Shown: positions 9,917 to 18,584 of the stretch, one piece after another | Layout of the letters: each line of letters opens with the position of its first letter | Numbering within the stretch: the stretch's first letter is position 1 | DNA from: an uncultured delta proteobacterium | Lineage (GTDB): Bacteria > Desulfobacterota > RBG-13-43-22 | DNA length: 64,000 bases | Reading direction: 5' to 3' | Assembly (NCBI GenBank): GCA_963843145.1 | Contig: CAWJJC010000010.1 | Span: 207,823-271,822, forward strand | Program-made: the position numbers and the translations under genes | Notes under the pieces: model-generated | What the model saw: only the letters and a program-made list of their open reading frames with translations | Databases searched by the model: none | What the model was told of the DNA's origin: nothing

Positions 9917-10743
9917 TGGAAGAAGGTCACCCCTTCCAGTTTTCTGGCCCGGTTCGGGATCACCCCGCGGGCGGTGAAGTCCATTCCCAAGAGGGCCGCC
10001 CCCAACGCACCGGTGAGGAGGGGTTCATCGGGCACCAGCACCGGGAAACCGACCTGGTCTCCCACGGCCTGGATCAACCCGCTGTTCATGGCCCCGCCGC
10101 CGGTGACTGCCACGTCCTTTTGGATCCCCAGAGCGCGGACCAGATTGACCACCCGCCCGGCAATGGCCGCGTGCAACCCGGCGATGATTTCCGGGATACC
10201 CGCCCCCTCGGCCAGCCGGGAAGTCACCTCGTGTTCGGCAAAGACGGTGCAGGTATTGGAAATAGGGACGGCTTCCTTGGCCATCAGCGAAAGGCCGCCC
10301 ATTTCGGCCAGGGGGATCCCCAGGGTATCGGCGATCACCTCCAGGAAACGGCCGGTACCGGCGGCGCACTTATCGTTCATGACAAAGTTGATGACCTTGC
10401 CGCCGGCGTCCAGCTTGATACCCTTGGAGTCCTGCCCGCCGATATCGATAACCGTCCGGACCGTGGGAAAGAGGGCCCGAATGCCCCGGGCGTGGCAGGT
10501 GATCTCCGTAATCTGCTTGTCGGCGAAGGGGACGTTGATCCGTCCGTACCCGGTGGCCACGATAAAGTCCAGGCCCTCCAGGGCCAGGCCCGTTTTGTCC
10601 AGGATCCCGGCCAGCACTTGCAGGGCTAAATGGCGGTGTTCGGCGCCGGTAGGGCCGATGATTGATCCCAGAACTTTTCCTTCCCCGTCGGTGATAACCG
10701 CCTTGGTCATGGTGGAGCCGATGTCAATGCCGGCATAGGGCAT
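9913..10743 (-). CDS. Acyl-CoA dehydratase/reductase activase (HgdC/BzdQ-like ASKHA ATPase)
   Basis: GIDIGSTMTK, ATGYGR, EITCHARG, IDIGGQDSK, MNDKCAAGTGRFLE, CTVFAE. Confidence 0.92.
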   Translation of the reverse strand: MPYAGIDIGSTMTKAVITDGEGKVLGSIIGPTGAEHRHLALQVLAGILDKTGLALEGLDFIVATGYGRINVPFADKQITEITCHARGIRALFPTVRTVIDIGGQDSKGIKLDAGGKVINFVMNDKCAAGTGRFLEVIADTLGIPLAEMGGLSLMAKEAVPISNTCTVFAEHEVTSRLAEGAGIPEIIAGLHAAIAGRVVNLVRALGIQKDVAVTGGGAMNSGLIQAVGDQVGFPVLVPDEPLLTGALGAALLGMDFTARGVIPNRARKLEGVTFFQ

Positions 10744-10792
10744 AATTATCTTTTGTATACCGTCTCTTTATTGTATTTACCGGTAATCTCTC

Positions 10793-10875
10793 GTCATCCC
10801 CGAATGCCTTTATCGGGGATCCATTGTTCCTTGAGAAAGGCCTGGATTCCCGCTCAGAAGCGCTGCGGAAATGAC
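10793..10875. repeat. REP-like palindromic repeat (GTCATCCCC...GGATTCCCGC...GCGG(A/G)AATGAC family), copy 1
   Basis: Closely similar to 14404-14488; terminal GTCAT/ATGAC inverted repeat. Confidence 0.75.
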
Positions 10876-10895
10876 GCGCATTAATTCCGAGTAGT

Positions 10896-10967
10896 TTTTG
10901 TTTTGGTCATTTGGATTTGGGACTTTCGTGCTTGTTTCGAATTTCGTGCTTCGGATTTCGGATTTAA
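10896..10967. repeat. Degenerate heptamer tandem repeat (TTCGGAT/TTCGTGC-like)
   Basis: ...ttggatttgggactttcgtgcttgtttcgaatttcgtgcttcggatttcggattta; related tract at ~9050-9090. Confidence 0.6.
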
Positions 10968-11031
10968 AGATCGCGCCGGTTCAATACTATTATCGTACCT
11001 GGACCCTTTGCCCCTTTCTCCAACCTTCCAT

Positions 11032-12345
11032 TTACGCCCGCCCCGCCAGGGCCTCGATAAAGGCCCCGATCTGGGCCTTCCAGTGGGCCTCGGAGTAATC
11101 CCGGAGATCGACCATGTCGGAGACCAACTGCATCATGGGGATATCCGTGAATTGACCCAGGAGGTTTTTGATATGCACCTGGCCGACCGTGGTCGCCCGG
11201 CAGGAACGGCAGGCGTGGAAGACCACCCCGTCGATCCGGTAATCGTTGATCATCCCCAGCAGCTTTTCCACGATGGGATGGCCGCTGTGGGCCCGGGCCT
11301 GGTCGTGACGCTGCGTGAAGCGCAGAAAGGTCCGCCAGGCCAGGTATTCGACCGGGTCTTTGATCCGGGCCGGCACTTCCACGGGGTCGTAGCCCCGGTA
11401 AACGTTCTCAATTACGAATACGGCGCCGAAGCTTTCGAAGTAATTAAAGATCCAGAGGGTGTGCCAGGGGGGCAAGCCACCGCCGTAGAGCAGGCGGTAC
11501 TTTTCCTCGGGGATGACGCCGATCTTGTTTTCCGCCTTGGCCTTGACCTCATCGTAGAGCCCCTGGTAGAAATCCACCGCCACCTGGGTGCCGGAGAAAT
11601 AATGGCCGGCCACCATGACGCTGAAGTGGTCCTGGGTCGGCATGGGGCTGGGGACGGCGACGCGCAGTCGGTCGATCTCGTACCAGAGCCGCCAGGACTC
11701 ATCCCCCAGCCGGATGGTCTCCCAGAGCCTCTCTGGATCAAGCTTCTGGCCGGTCTGCTGCTCGAGAAACCCGATCAGACCCTGAAACTGCTCTTTTTGA
11801 TAGTGGATATAGTAGTCCCGCACCCGGTCCAGGTCCGCGTAAACCGGCGGCCCAACCACATCGATATTATAGGTAGGCACGTCCAGGTAGCGCCCCGCCG
11901 CCTGAAACCATTTGAAGCGGGGGTCGCAGACGGCGCTGCTGCCCAGCATCAGGTCTGGGACGGGCATCCCGCCGTCCGGGGCGTTTTCCGGCAGGCCGCC
12001 CAGCTCTTTTCGCAGGCTGTCGAAGCCCAGGCCGATCCGGGCATAGCTGCAAAGCACCTGGGAGTAGCCGTCCGCTTCCGCCTGGAGGAGAAAGCGGTCC
12101 ATGTCGCGCTTGGCGGCGCACAAGCCGGCATAGTTTTCCGTGGGCAGAGGCACGATATCCATGGCCCGCAGGATTTCGTCATACTGGGAAGCCACCATAA
12201 AATAGGCCACTTTCTGGCCCCGGGCCTTGGCTTCGTGGGCGTTCCGGTAGATGCTCTTCACCAGGGCCCGCACCTGCCGGGCCGTTTCCGTGCCTTTGAT
12301 CGCCGTGGTTTTTTGCTTTCCCTTCTCTTCCCTAACCATAACCAT
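11032..12345 (-). CDS. 2-hydroxyacyl-CoA dehydratase / class I aroyl-CoA reductase subunit (HgdA/FldB/BzdO-like)
   Basis: ENYAGLCAAK, LCSYAR, GGMPVPD, CDPRFKWF, FHACRSCR, SDMVDLR. Confidence 0.88.
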   Translation of the reverse strand: MVMVREEKGKQKTTAIKGTETARQVRALVKSIYRNAHEAKARGQKVAYFMVASQYDEILRAMDIVPLPTENYAGLCAAKRDMDRFLLQAEADGYSQVLCSYARIGLGFDSLRKELGGLPENAPDGGMPVPDLMLGSSAVCDPRFKWFQAAGRYLDVPTYNIDVVGPPVYADLDRVRDYYIHYQKEQFQGLIGFLEQQTGQKLDPERLWETIRLGDESWRLWYEIDRLRVAVPSPMPTQDHFSVMVAGHYFSGTQVAVDFYQGLYDEVKAKAENKIGVIPEEKYRLLYGGGLPPWHTLWIFNYFESFGAVFVIENVYRGYDPVEVPARIKDPVEYLAWRTFLRFTQRHDQARAHSGHPIVEKLLGMINDYRIDGVVFHACRSCRATTVGQVHIKNLLGQFTDIPMMQLVSDMVDLRDYSEAHWKAQIGAFIEALAGRA

Positions 12346-12350
12346 TCCCT

Positions 12351-13490
12351 TTAAGTCAGCATTTCCAGAAAGGCCTGGACCCGGGTACGGAGCTGGCCGC
12401 TGGCGGAGGTGGAGTAATCGTCCTCGATCATCAGCACCGGAAGCGGCATTCCCTCCAAGTATTCCCGCAAATCAGGCCCTTCCAGTTCACAGGTATCGCA
12501 GTAGCGAACGATCGTGCCGATGACCCCGTCGACCTTCCATTCCCTGACGAACCGGCCGATGTGCCCGAAGCGGTTTTCCAGATCCTCCTCCCGGGTCCCG
12601 GTCCGGGCCTCAAAGCTGCGGGGGCAGCGGGTTTGCAGGTATCGCCGGGCCAGGCCCTCCAGGGGATCGTCGGTTTCCGGCACGTCGTCCCAGAAGAAGC
12701 GGGTGCCGGTGCAGAGATCGTCCATCACCAGGGAGGCCCCGCTCTCCTCCACCAGTTGAATAAAGGCCGCGTCGTCTATCTCGCTGCCCCAGATGAAGAG
12801 GCGGGGAAGTTTCGGGGTCTGGGGCCGAGGGCGCGCCTGAATCTCGGCGACGGCTTCCTGGACGAGTTTCAGGTGCTCCGCCGTCGGCAGGCCCAGGCCG
12901 GCCACCAGGATCCGGGTGACCTCGGTTCCTGAAACCAGCGGCGGGTCGGCCTTTCGCAGGTCATACAGCTCCCGAAGGACGGCCCGCCGCCGGTTGGACA
13001 AGCGGACGACTTCCCGCAGCCGGTCCGGCTCCAGTTTCCGCCCCGACCACTGCTCCAGGCTGTGGATTAAGTACTCCAGCTCCCGGCGATAGAAAGTGTC
13101 GGAGTCTGGTCCCCGCATATGAGGCACGTTGAGGAGATGGTTGAAGGGAGACGGTTTATTGTGACGCCAGATATGGAACAGGCGCTCCACCGTATCGCAG
13201 CTATGGGGGGCCACGAACCCGTCCAAGAAATCATATTCCCCTTTCAGGGCCAGGTTGAAACAGCTTCGGGCAAAGGGGCAGGCCATGGGCTCGATGTAGG
13301 CATCCGCCTGATCGATGGGCTCACCGGGGCGGCCCTGGATGCGAAAGGGAAGCATCTCGAAAGCGGTGATGATCTCCTCGGGCACGAAGCAGCAAAGATA
13401 GCCGATGACCTTTTGGCCCGCCTCGTGCCATTCCCGGGCGCGCCGGCTTCTATCCTGATAGTAGATCTCTATCTGTTCGAAAGCGTTCAT
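12351..13490 (-). CDS. 2-hydroxyacyl-CoA dehydratase / class I aroyl-CoA reductase subunit (HgdB/FldC/BzdN-like)
   Basis: GYLCCFVPEEII, CPFARS, HSCD, DDLCTG.R, YCD, GQLRTRVQAFLEML. Confidence 0.9.
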   Translation of the reverse strand: MNAFEQIEIYYQDRSRRAREWHEAGQKVIGYLCCFVPEEIITAFEMLPFRIQGRPGEPIDQADAYIEPMACPFARSCFNLALKGEYDFLDGFVAPHSCDTVERLFHIWRHNKPSPFNHLLNVPHMRGPDSDTFYRRELEYLIHSLEQWSGRKLEPDRLREVVRLSNRRRAVLRELYDLRKADPPLVSGTEVTRILVAGLGLPTAEHLKLVQEAVAEIQARPRPQTPKLPRLFIWGSEIDDAAFIQLVEESGASLVMDDLCTGTRFFWDDVPETDDPLEGLARRYLQTRCPRSFEARTGTREEDLENRFGHIGRFVREWKVDGVIGTIVRYCDTCELEGPDLREYLEGMPLPVLMIEDDYSTSASGQLRTRVQAFLEMLT

Positions 13491-13543
13491 GGGATGTGTT
13501 CCTTAATACGAAAATAGAACCCGGCGCCACTCGGGCATTCATC

Positions 13544-13578
13544 AATAATTAATAATTAACAATTGATTATTAATTATT
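13544..13578. promoter_or_regulatory. AT-rich palindrome upstream of the dehydratase/reductase operon (possible operator)
   Basis: AATAATTAATAATTAA-CAA-TTGATTATTAATTATT, 15 of 16 positions complementary. Confidence 0.4.
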
Positions 13579-13610
13579 AATGTAAACCAGTTAGGCTTAT
13601 ATCGCCCCTT

Positions 13611-13648
13611 ATTTTCATGTTTCGGGGTGCCCGCCCCGGGCAGGGGGG
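13611..13648 (+). repeat. Dispersed ~38-bp repeat, copy 1
   Basis: ATTTTCATGTTTCGGGGTGCCCGCCCCGGGCAGGGGG; inverted near-identical copy at 35120-35157. Confidence 0.7.
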
Positions 13649-13906
13649 TTTAGTATGAAAATCCTTATCACCCTCTTCTATTTAAATCCATTACATTTTG
13701 TGTCTCCTGCAAAAATCCTAAGCCATCATTCCGGGGCAAATCGGCATCCAGGAACGCTAATCATTTCGGTTAACAATTTTCTACAAAAATGGTTACCGTT
13801 TTTAATCATCAAAAATCATTGATAAAATCTTCCTTGGGAGGGGTTATGGGCAGCCGGCCTTGGCAATCGGGTGTAAGAGACTCCCGCGGTCTTATGGGAT
13901 GATTTA

Positions 13907-14305
13907 TTGGCGTTTTTGATTTTCAGCCTGATCATAGATCTGGCCCAGCCTCAAGAACTCCCGGCGGCTTCGGATTGGACGATTGTGGACGCACCGAATG
14001 TTAAACGTCGTTTTCATACGGCCACGCTGCTGCCGGACAGGCGGGCGCTGGTAGTCGGGGGCTCCAATAATGGCTCTCTCGCCAGCACAGAAATTTTTAA
14101 CAGTGGTCTTGGATACAATTTCTTGTGGCGACCGAAGGTAACCCAAATCCCCTCGACATTAAGGCTCGGCAACGCGCTGACCTTAAATGGTTCTGGATTC
14201 AGGGGCTACGGTTTCAGCGAAGGATCGGGCGGGGGTACGAATAACTCCGCCGGCAATTACCCTATCGTCCAGGTCCTTCGCCTGGACAATGAGCAGATCG
14301 CTTGA
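13907..14305 (+). pseudogene. Remnant of a secreted kelch/galactose-oxidase-like beta-propeller protein
   Basis: Only one kelch repeat (RRFHTATLLPDRRALVVGG...STEIF), then the post-propeller segment (GLG...WRP...L.G.GFRG..SEGSGG...NYPIVQ), ending at a TGA in EQIA*LKPD. Confidence 0.65.
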
Positions 14306-14403
14306 TTAAAGCCGGACGGAGTCGGTCCCCGATTTCCGCCTCGGCCGGCTGATCGAAGGCCGCCCGGTTGAGCGTCTGCTTTTTGAATTTACTGGCATCG
14401 TCT

Positions 14404-14488
14404 CATCATCCCCAAAGGCCTTAATCGGGGATCCAATGTTCCTTAAGAAAAGCCTGGATTCCCGCTTAGAAATGCTGCGGGAATGATG
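14404..14488. repeat. REP-like palindromic repeat, copy 2
   Basis: CATCATCCCC...ATCGGGGATCCA...GCCTGGATTCCCGC...GCGGGAATGATG, matches 10793-10875. Confidence 0.75.
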
Positions 14489-14537
14489 ATTTATTATGTT
14501 GTTCCTATTTTGAGATCATTTATGATCCCTACGGTTT

Positions 14538-16480
14538 TTACCACCCGCCGCCGCCTCCACCGCCTCCTCCCCCCCGGACGACCCACCGCCTCCGGAACCC
14601 GACGAAGCCGAAGAGCTGGCCACGGCGCTCGATAGAGATTCCCCCAAGGTGGAGGCCAAGGCCCCCGCGCTGAAGGCGCTCACTGAACGACTGGAATACC
14701 AGTCCGGGGATCGGCCTTCCGCCGCCGCGGAGGAGAGGATCTCCGAAAATTGTTCGGCCCAGCGTTGCTCCACCCCCAGGGCCAGGGCGTAAGGTAAAAA
14801 TTTTTCGAAAAGTTCCGGGGTCTTTTCCGGGGAATTCAGGTAATTGAGCCGGTCTTTTTCGGCGGCCTCCAGAAAGACCCGAAATCCCTCGATCTCGTCC
14901 AGCCGCATCCGTCCCAGGGAGGTTACGGCCTTCAAAAGCTGGTAGAAGACCAAAGTGATGCCCACCGAAACGACATAAAGAACGGCCAGGGGGACCGAAG
15001 TGGCTTGAAAGGCCAGGACATACAGTCCCAGGACTTCCCCTCCGACGAAGGGCAGGGCAAACAGCGTCAGGAAAACTGTTCCGATTAATTTTCCGATTTT
15101 TCCGGGACCTCTGACCACCTCCAGCCAGGATTTGGCCAACGTCACCATTAGGAGGGCCACCCCGATACTCCAGACAGTCAGCCAGATGGAAATAAAAGAG
15201 AACAGGGGAAGACTGCCCTGATCCAGGGCCTCACGAATTCCGGAGAGGACCACCACCCCCAGTGTCAGGAGCAACCCGATGCCAAAGTACCAGCGATTAT
15301 GAACGAAATAGCTCTTTTCATACCCGTATTCCAGGTTTCGCTTCAGGGCGGAAACGGCACTTTGGATAATGGTCCGATTGGCCGGAATAAAAACCACTTC
15401 CTGCCGTTGATTGAAGAGGGCCCCGTAGACCTTCTCTTCGTCTGGGGACGCCGGGGCCTTCTTCTCTCCATCCCGCTTCCGGGCCGAATATTGGCCGAAC
15501 GTTTCTTTGATCGTCAGGTACCCCTTGACCGCCAGGTTAATGAGCGCGGCCGTAAAGGCCGGATCGTCATACCTCTGGTTCCAGACATAGCGCAGGGCCG
15601 CCGGACTCATTCCACCGGGCGGGGCATAGCGGGTGACAATGATGCCCTTTTCCGGGTCTTTCCCCACCCGAACCCAGACGATAAGATAATAAACCAGGAT
15701 GGCCAGGATCCCGGCCAGACCGAAGACGAAACCCCGATTATCGGAGGTGATGGCCCAAACCCCGGTCGGCTCCGTTGCCGTCACATAGCCTTTGGGCCAG
15801 GAAACGGCAATGGTCAGGCCCTCATTCAAGGCCAGGGGCCTGGTGGTAAAAAAGCGCACGGTGCCGGCCGACGGATCAACTTCTTTTTCAAAATCCAGGC
15901 CCCGGGCACCCTTCGGGCCGGTGTAACCGGCCGTGGATATGATTTCCCCCCCGCTCCCCTCCGGCAGATGCACCGTGGCCGAGACCTGATCGATGGGGAA
16001 TTTCCAGTCGTTACCGGTAACGTTCCAGTAAAGCTCATCAAACTCCGGGAATAAGCCGAGCTGCCGATCGGTCTCATAAACAAAGGTATAGGTATATTCC
16101 CCGGGGGGCAGAAGTACCTCTTTTCGGCCGAAATAGACCCGCTTCCCTATGGAAATTCCCTCGAAATGAAACGACTCGGGCTCTCCATCCCGAAGGAGCT
16201 GCCGGACCTCAAAACCCACCCGCCGAATCAGACCGTATTTCCCGCGATAGCGGGTAGGAAAATCACGGTAGATCCCGCGCTTGATCTGATTGTTTTCGGC
16301 CCGGACCCTGATGGTTTCGGTGACGGTCAGGGAGGCGTCGGAGTGAATCCTGATGTCACTCTGAAAGGAAAGGATTTTTTCTTCAGCCCGCGCCTGGACG
16401 GCCATGATCAGGAAGAAGCAATTCAACCCCAGCAGCAGGACGAGACCCGGCCCGTTTTTCCCCTTCATCCGGTTAATCAT
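14538..16480 (-). CDS. DUF2207 family membrane protein
   Basis: IKRGIYRDFP, DELYWNVTGNDW, FEKFLPYALALGV..W. Adding one G to the G-run near 14570 restores the canonical ...GGGGGGGGW* end (TAA at 14538-14540). Confidence 0.88.
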
Positions 16481-17480
16481 AATACCCCTTTAGCCAAAGA
16501 ATAAAAAAGGCAACCGATATTAGAGCGTGGGAGAGGATGAAAACCAGTATCCCGAGGGATAGCCTTCCCGAAGAATCCTTTTCGATAACCGCAGCCAACG
16601 CTTCACCTGTTCCCGGCCAGAGCTGTACCGCATCGGAGACTTTCCCGGGGTTGGGGATCAGTCCGCCGCGGGACGGCGAGTAGATCCCGAAGGCCGTCAC
16701 CTCCGCCCCGACCGGCACCACCCGCTCCGAACATTGCCGGCCTTCGAACCGGAAGTCTTCCGGGTCCAGGTCCGTTCCCCGACGGATATCGGCTCGCGCC
16801 TCCCCGTCGTCATCCACCGACCGCTCCAGGAGTTGGCCCAACCCTTTTTTAATATCCGCCTTCTTAATGGTTTCAAAGGCCGTGTTTTTCAAATAGGCCC
16901 TGATCCTTTTCCGACCCCCCTCCCCGACCACGGCCTCGTCAAACCGCTCCAGATCCGGGAATCCGAGCAGAAGCAGTTCTCCCCTGGCCGTTCGGATGAC
17001 CGCGGGCGTCAAAGCCCATCCCCAGGCATCGGACCCGGTCGTTCGGTTATCCCGCCCTATCTCGGCCACATCGTATTCATAGGCCACGCAGGAAACACCC
17101 TGAAAGGGAGAGATCAGGGCCATGCCCAGCGGATGGATGGCGCCGCCGGACGCCTCAAACCGCCCGTCTTTCTTGGGCCTCCCCGCCCAATCACGGCGGA
17201 TCGCCGCCCCCAATTTGCGGGAACGAAACAGACCCAGGAGACCCGCCACCAGGGCGCCGGTCCCTAGGGCGGTGAATAAAGCAAAGAAAAAGGGGGCCGC
17301 CGGATCAGGGATCAGCCGTAGGAAGAGGAGAACATAAAGGGCATAGATGAGCAAGAAACCCAGCAGGGGATAAAAACAGCCGCTTCTGAAAATGGTTTTT
17401 TTGGAAACCTTCGCTGAACCTATTTTAACCAAATCGAACCACATTGCGGCCGGCAGCTTTGGCTTGGTAAAGGGCCTCAT
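16473..17480 (-). CDS. Hypothetical membrane protein (two N-terminal and one C-terminal TM segments); true start uncertain
   Basis: Long ORF overlapping the DUF2207 start; SPF.G..CVAYEY motif. The first ~55 nt overlap the GGDEF remnant, so the start is probably further downstream. Confidence 0.7.
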   Translation of the reverse strand: MRPFTKPKLPAAMWFDLVKIGSAKVSKKTIFRSGCFYPLLGFLLIYALYVLLFLRLIPDPAAPFFFALFTALGTGALVAGLLGLFRSRKLGAAIRRDWAGRPKKDGRFEASGGAIHPLGMALISPFQGVSCVAYEYDVAEIGRDNRTTGSDAWGWALTPAVIRTARGELLLLGFPDLERFDEAVVGEGGRKRIRAYLKNTAFETIKKADIKKGLGQLLERSVDDDGEARADIRRGTDLDPEDFRFEGRQCSERVVPVGAEVTAFGIYSPSRGGLIPNPGKVSDAVQLWPGTGEALAAVIEKDSSGRLSLGILVFILSHALISVAFFILWLKGYYD

Positions 17481-17764
17481 CGGCCCGGAAAATCGTTTTG
17501 GACAAATCCTCGCTCAGCAGGTTCATCAGGTGCCGTCGATTAAATAAGCCGGTTAAATCGTCCCGAATGGCCATCTCCTAAAAGAAAATATAAGGACCTC
17601 GCCTCCATAATACCGAGCCCACTTTGAACAAAACCCAGGATAAAAGCCATGGCGTAGGTTCCGGCAGCCATAAAAAAGCGGCGAATACGCACGGCCTGCT
17701 CTTTATTATCTCGAGGGTAGAGGGAAAAACGGGCTAAAAAGGGTGCGGAACGATTATCGGACAT
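17425..17764 (-). pseudogene. Internally deleted membrane diguanylate cyclase (GGDEF) remnant
   Basis: N-terminal KEQAVRIRRFFMAAGTY TM start, then in another frame EMAIRDDLTGLFNRRHLMNLL joined directly to RADEALYQAKAAGRNVVRFG*; the GGDEF core is missing. Confidence 0.8.
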
Positions 17765-17895
17765 CGGGATTATTCGTTTCGATCCCAAAAAGGCTGGGTA
17801 TTTATTTCGGAAATATTCCGGGCCGCGAAGAGCGGCAAGCGCATTGTCTCGGCTTCCTGAGGCGGTCGACTGCGGAGTCACCCCCCGGGTGTCGA

Positions 17896-18468
17896 TCAGG
17901 GCGTTGCGGCCCGGCGGCCCAGTTCAAAGGCCTCGTTCTGGGCCGCTTCATTACCGGCAATCTCCCCGTTCTCCGTGGCCGAGGTCATGACGGCCCCGAT
18001 CCAGCGGAGTTTGGTAAAGTCCGCCGTGGTTTTAAAACTGTGCACCATAGGATCCGCCGTGTGAACGTTCACGTCCCCGCAGACGGTGATCAGTCCGATG
18101 CGTTTGCCCTTCATTCGGGGATAGTAGGCCTTATGCCAATTCCAGTCCGCATCAAAAAAGGCGCACCAGCGATCCAGGTAGGCCTTCATTTGCGAGGTCA
18201 TCGACCAGAAATAAATGGGTCCGCTGTGGAGGACGGCGTCGGCTTCCAGGATTTTCCGGTGAATCTTCGGCATGTCGTCCCGTAAGACGCAGAGACCGGT
18301 TTCATTGCATTGCTTGCAGTCCTGGCAGCCGGAAATTTTTTTTCGATTGAGGATGATTTTTTCTACCTCCGCGCCGGCTTCCCGGGCGCCGGCCAAGGCC
18401 CGGTCCAAGAGCAGATCGCTGTTTCCCCCGATTCGGGGACTTCCCATAATACCCAGCACTTTCATCAT
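17896..18468 (-). CDS. Iron-sulfur flavoprotein (flavodoxin/NADPH-dependent FMN reductase family)
   Basis: GSPRIGGNS, CQDCKQCNETGLC, DDM, PIYFW...QMKAYLDR. Confidence 0.88.
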   Translation of the reverse strand: MMKVLGIMGSPRIGGNSDLLLDRALAGAREAGAEVEKIILNRKKISGCQDCKQCNETGLCVLRDDMPKIHRKILEADAVLHSGPIYFWSMTSQMKAYLDRWCAFFDADWNWHKAYYPRMKGKRIGLITVCGDVNVHTADPMVHSFKTTADFTKLRWIGAVMTSATENGEIAGNEAAQNEAFELGRRAATP

Positions 18469-18584
18469 GGTCCTCCCGGTAGTTTTAGGGCAATTGTTCA
18501 CAAATTCGGGGATCAATCCGTTGGACTATAGGCCCAACGAATTGATCCCCGAAGCGTAGGGACGGTTTCTCACGTCCGCAAAGG

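Noticed and set aside
10896-10967. Short tandem repeats considered as a CRISPR array
   Set aside because: Degenerate 7-mers with no constant repeat/unique spacer pattern and no cas genes.
6006-12354. Long + strand ORFs (469, 468 and 483 aa), and a similar 504-aa ORF at 32056
   Set aside because: Antisense shadows of well-supported minus-strand genes, expected from GC-rich codon bias.
14303-14305. In-frame TGA considered as selenocysteine
   Set aside because: The context fits Trp in a decayed kelch gene; no redox motif and no convincing SECIS.
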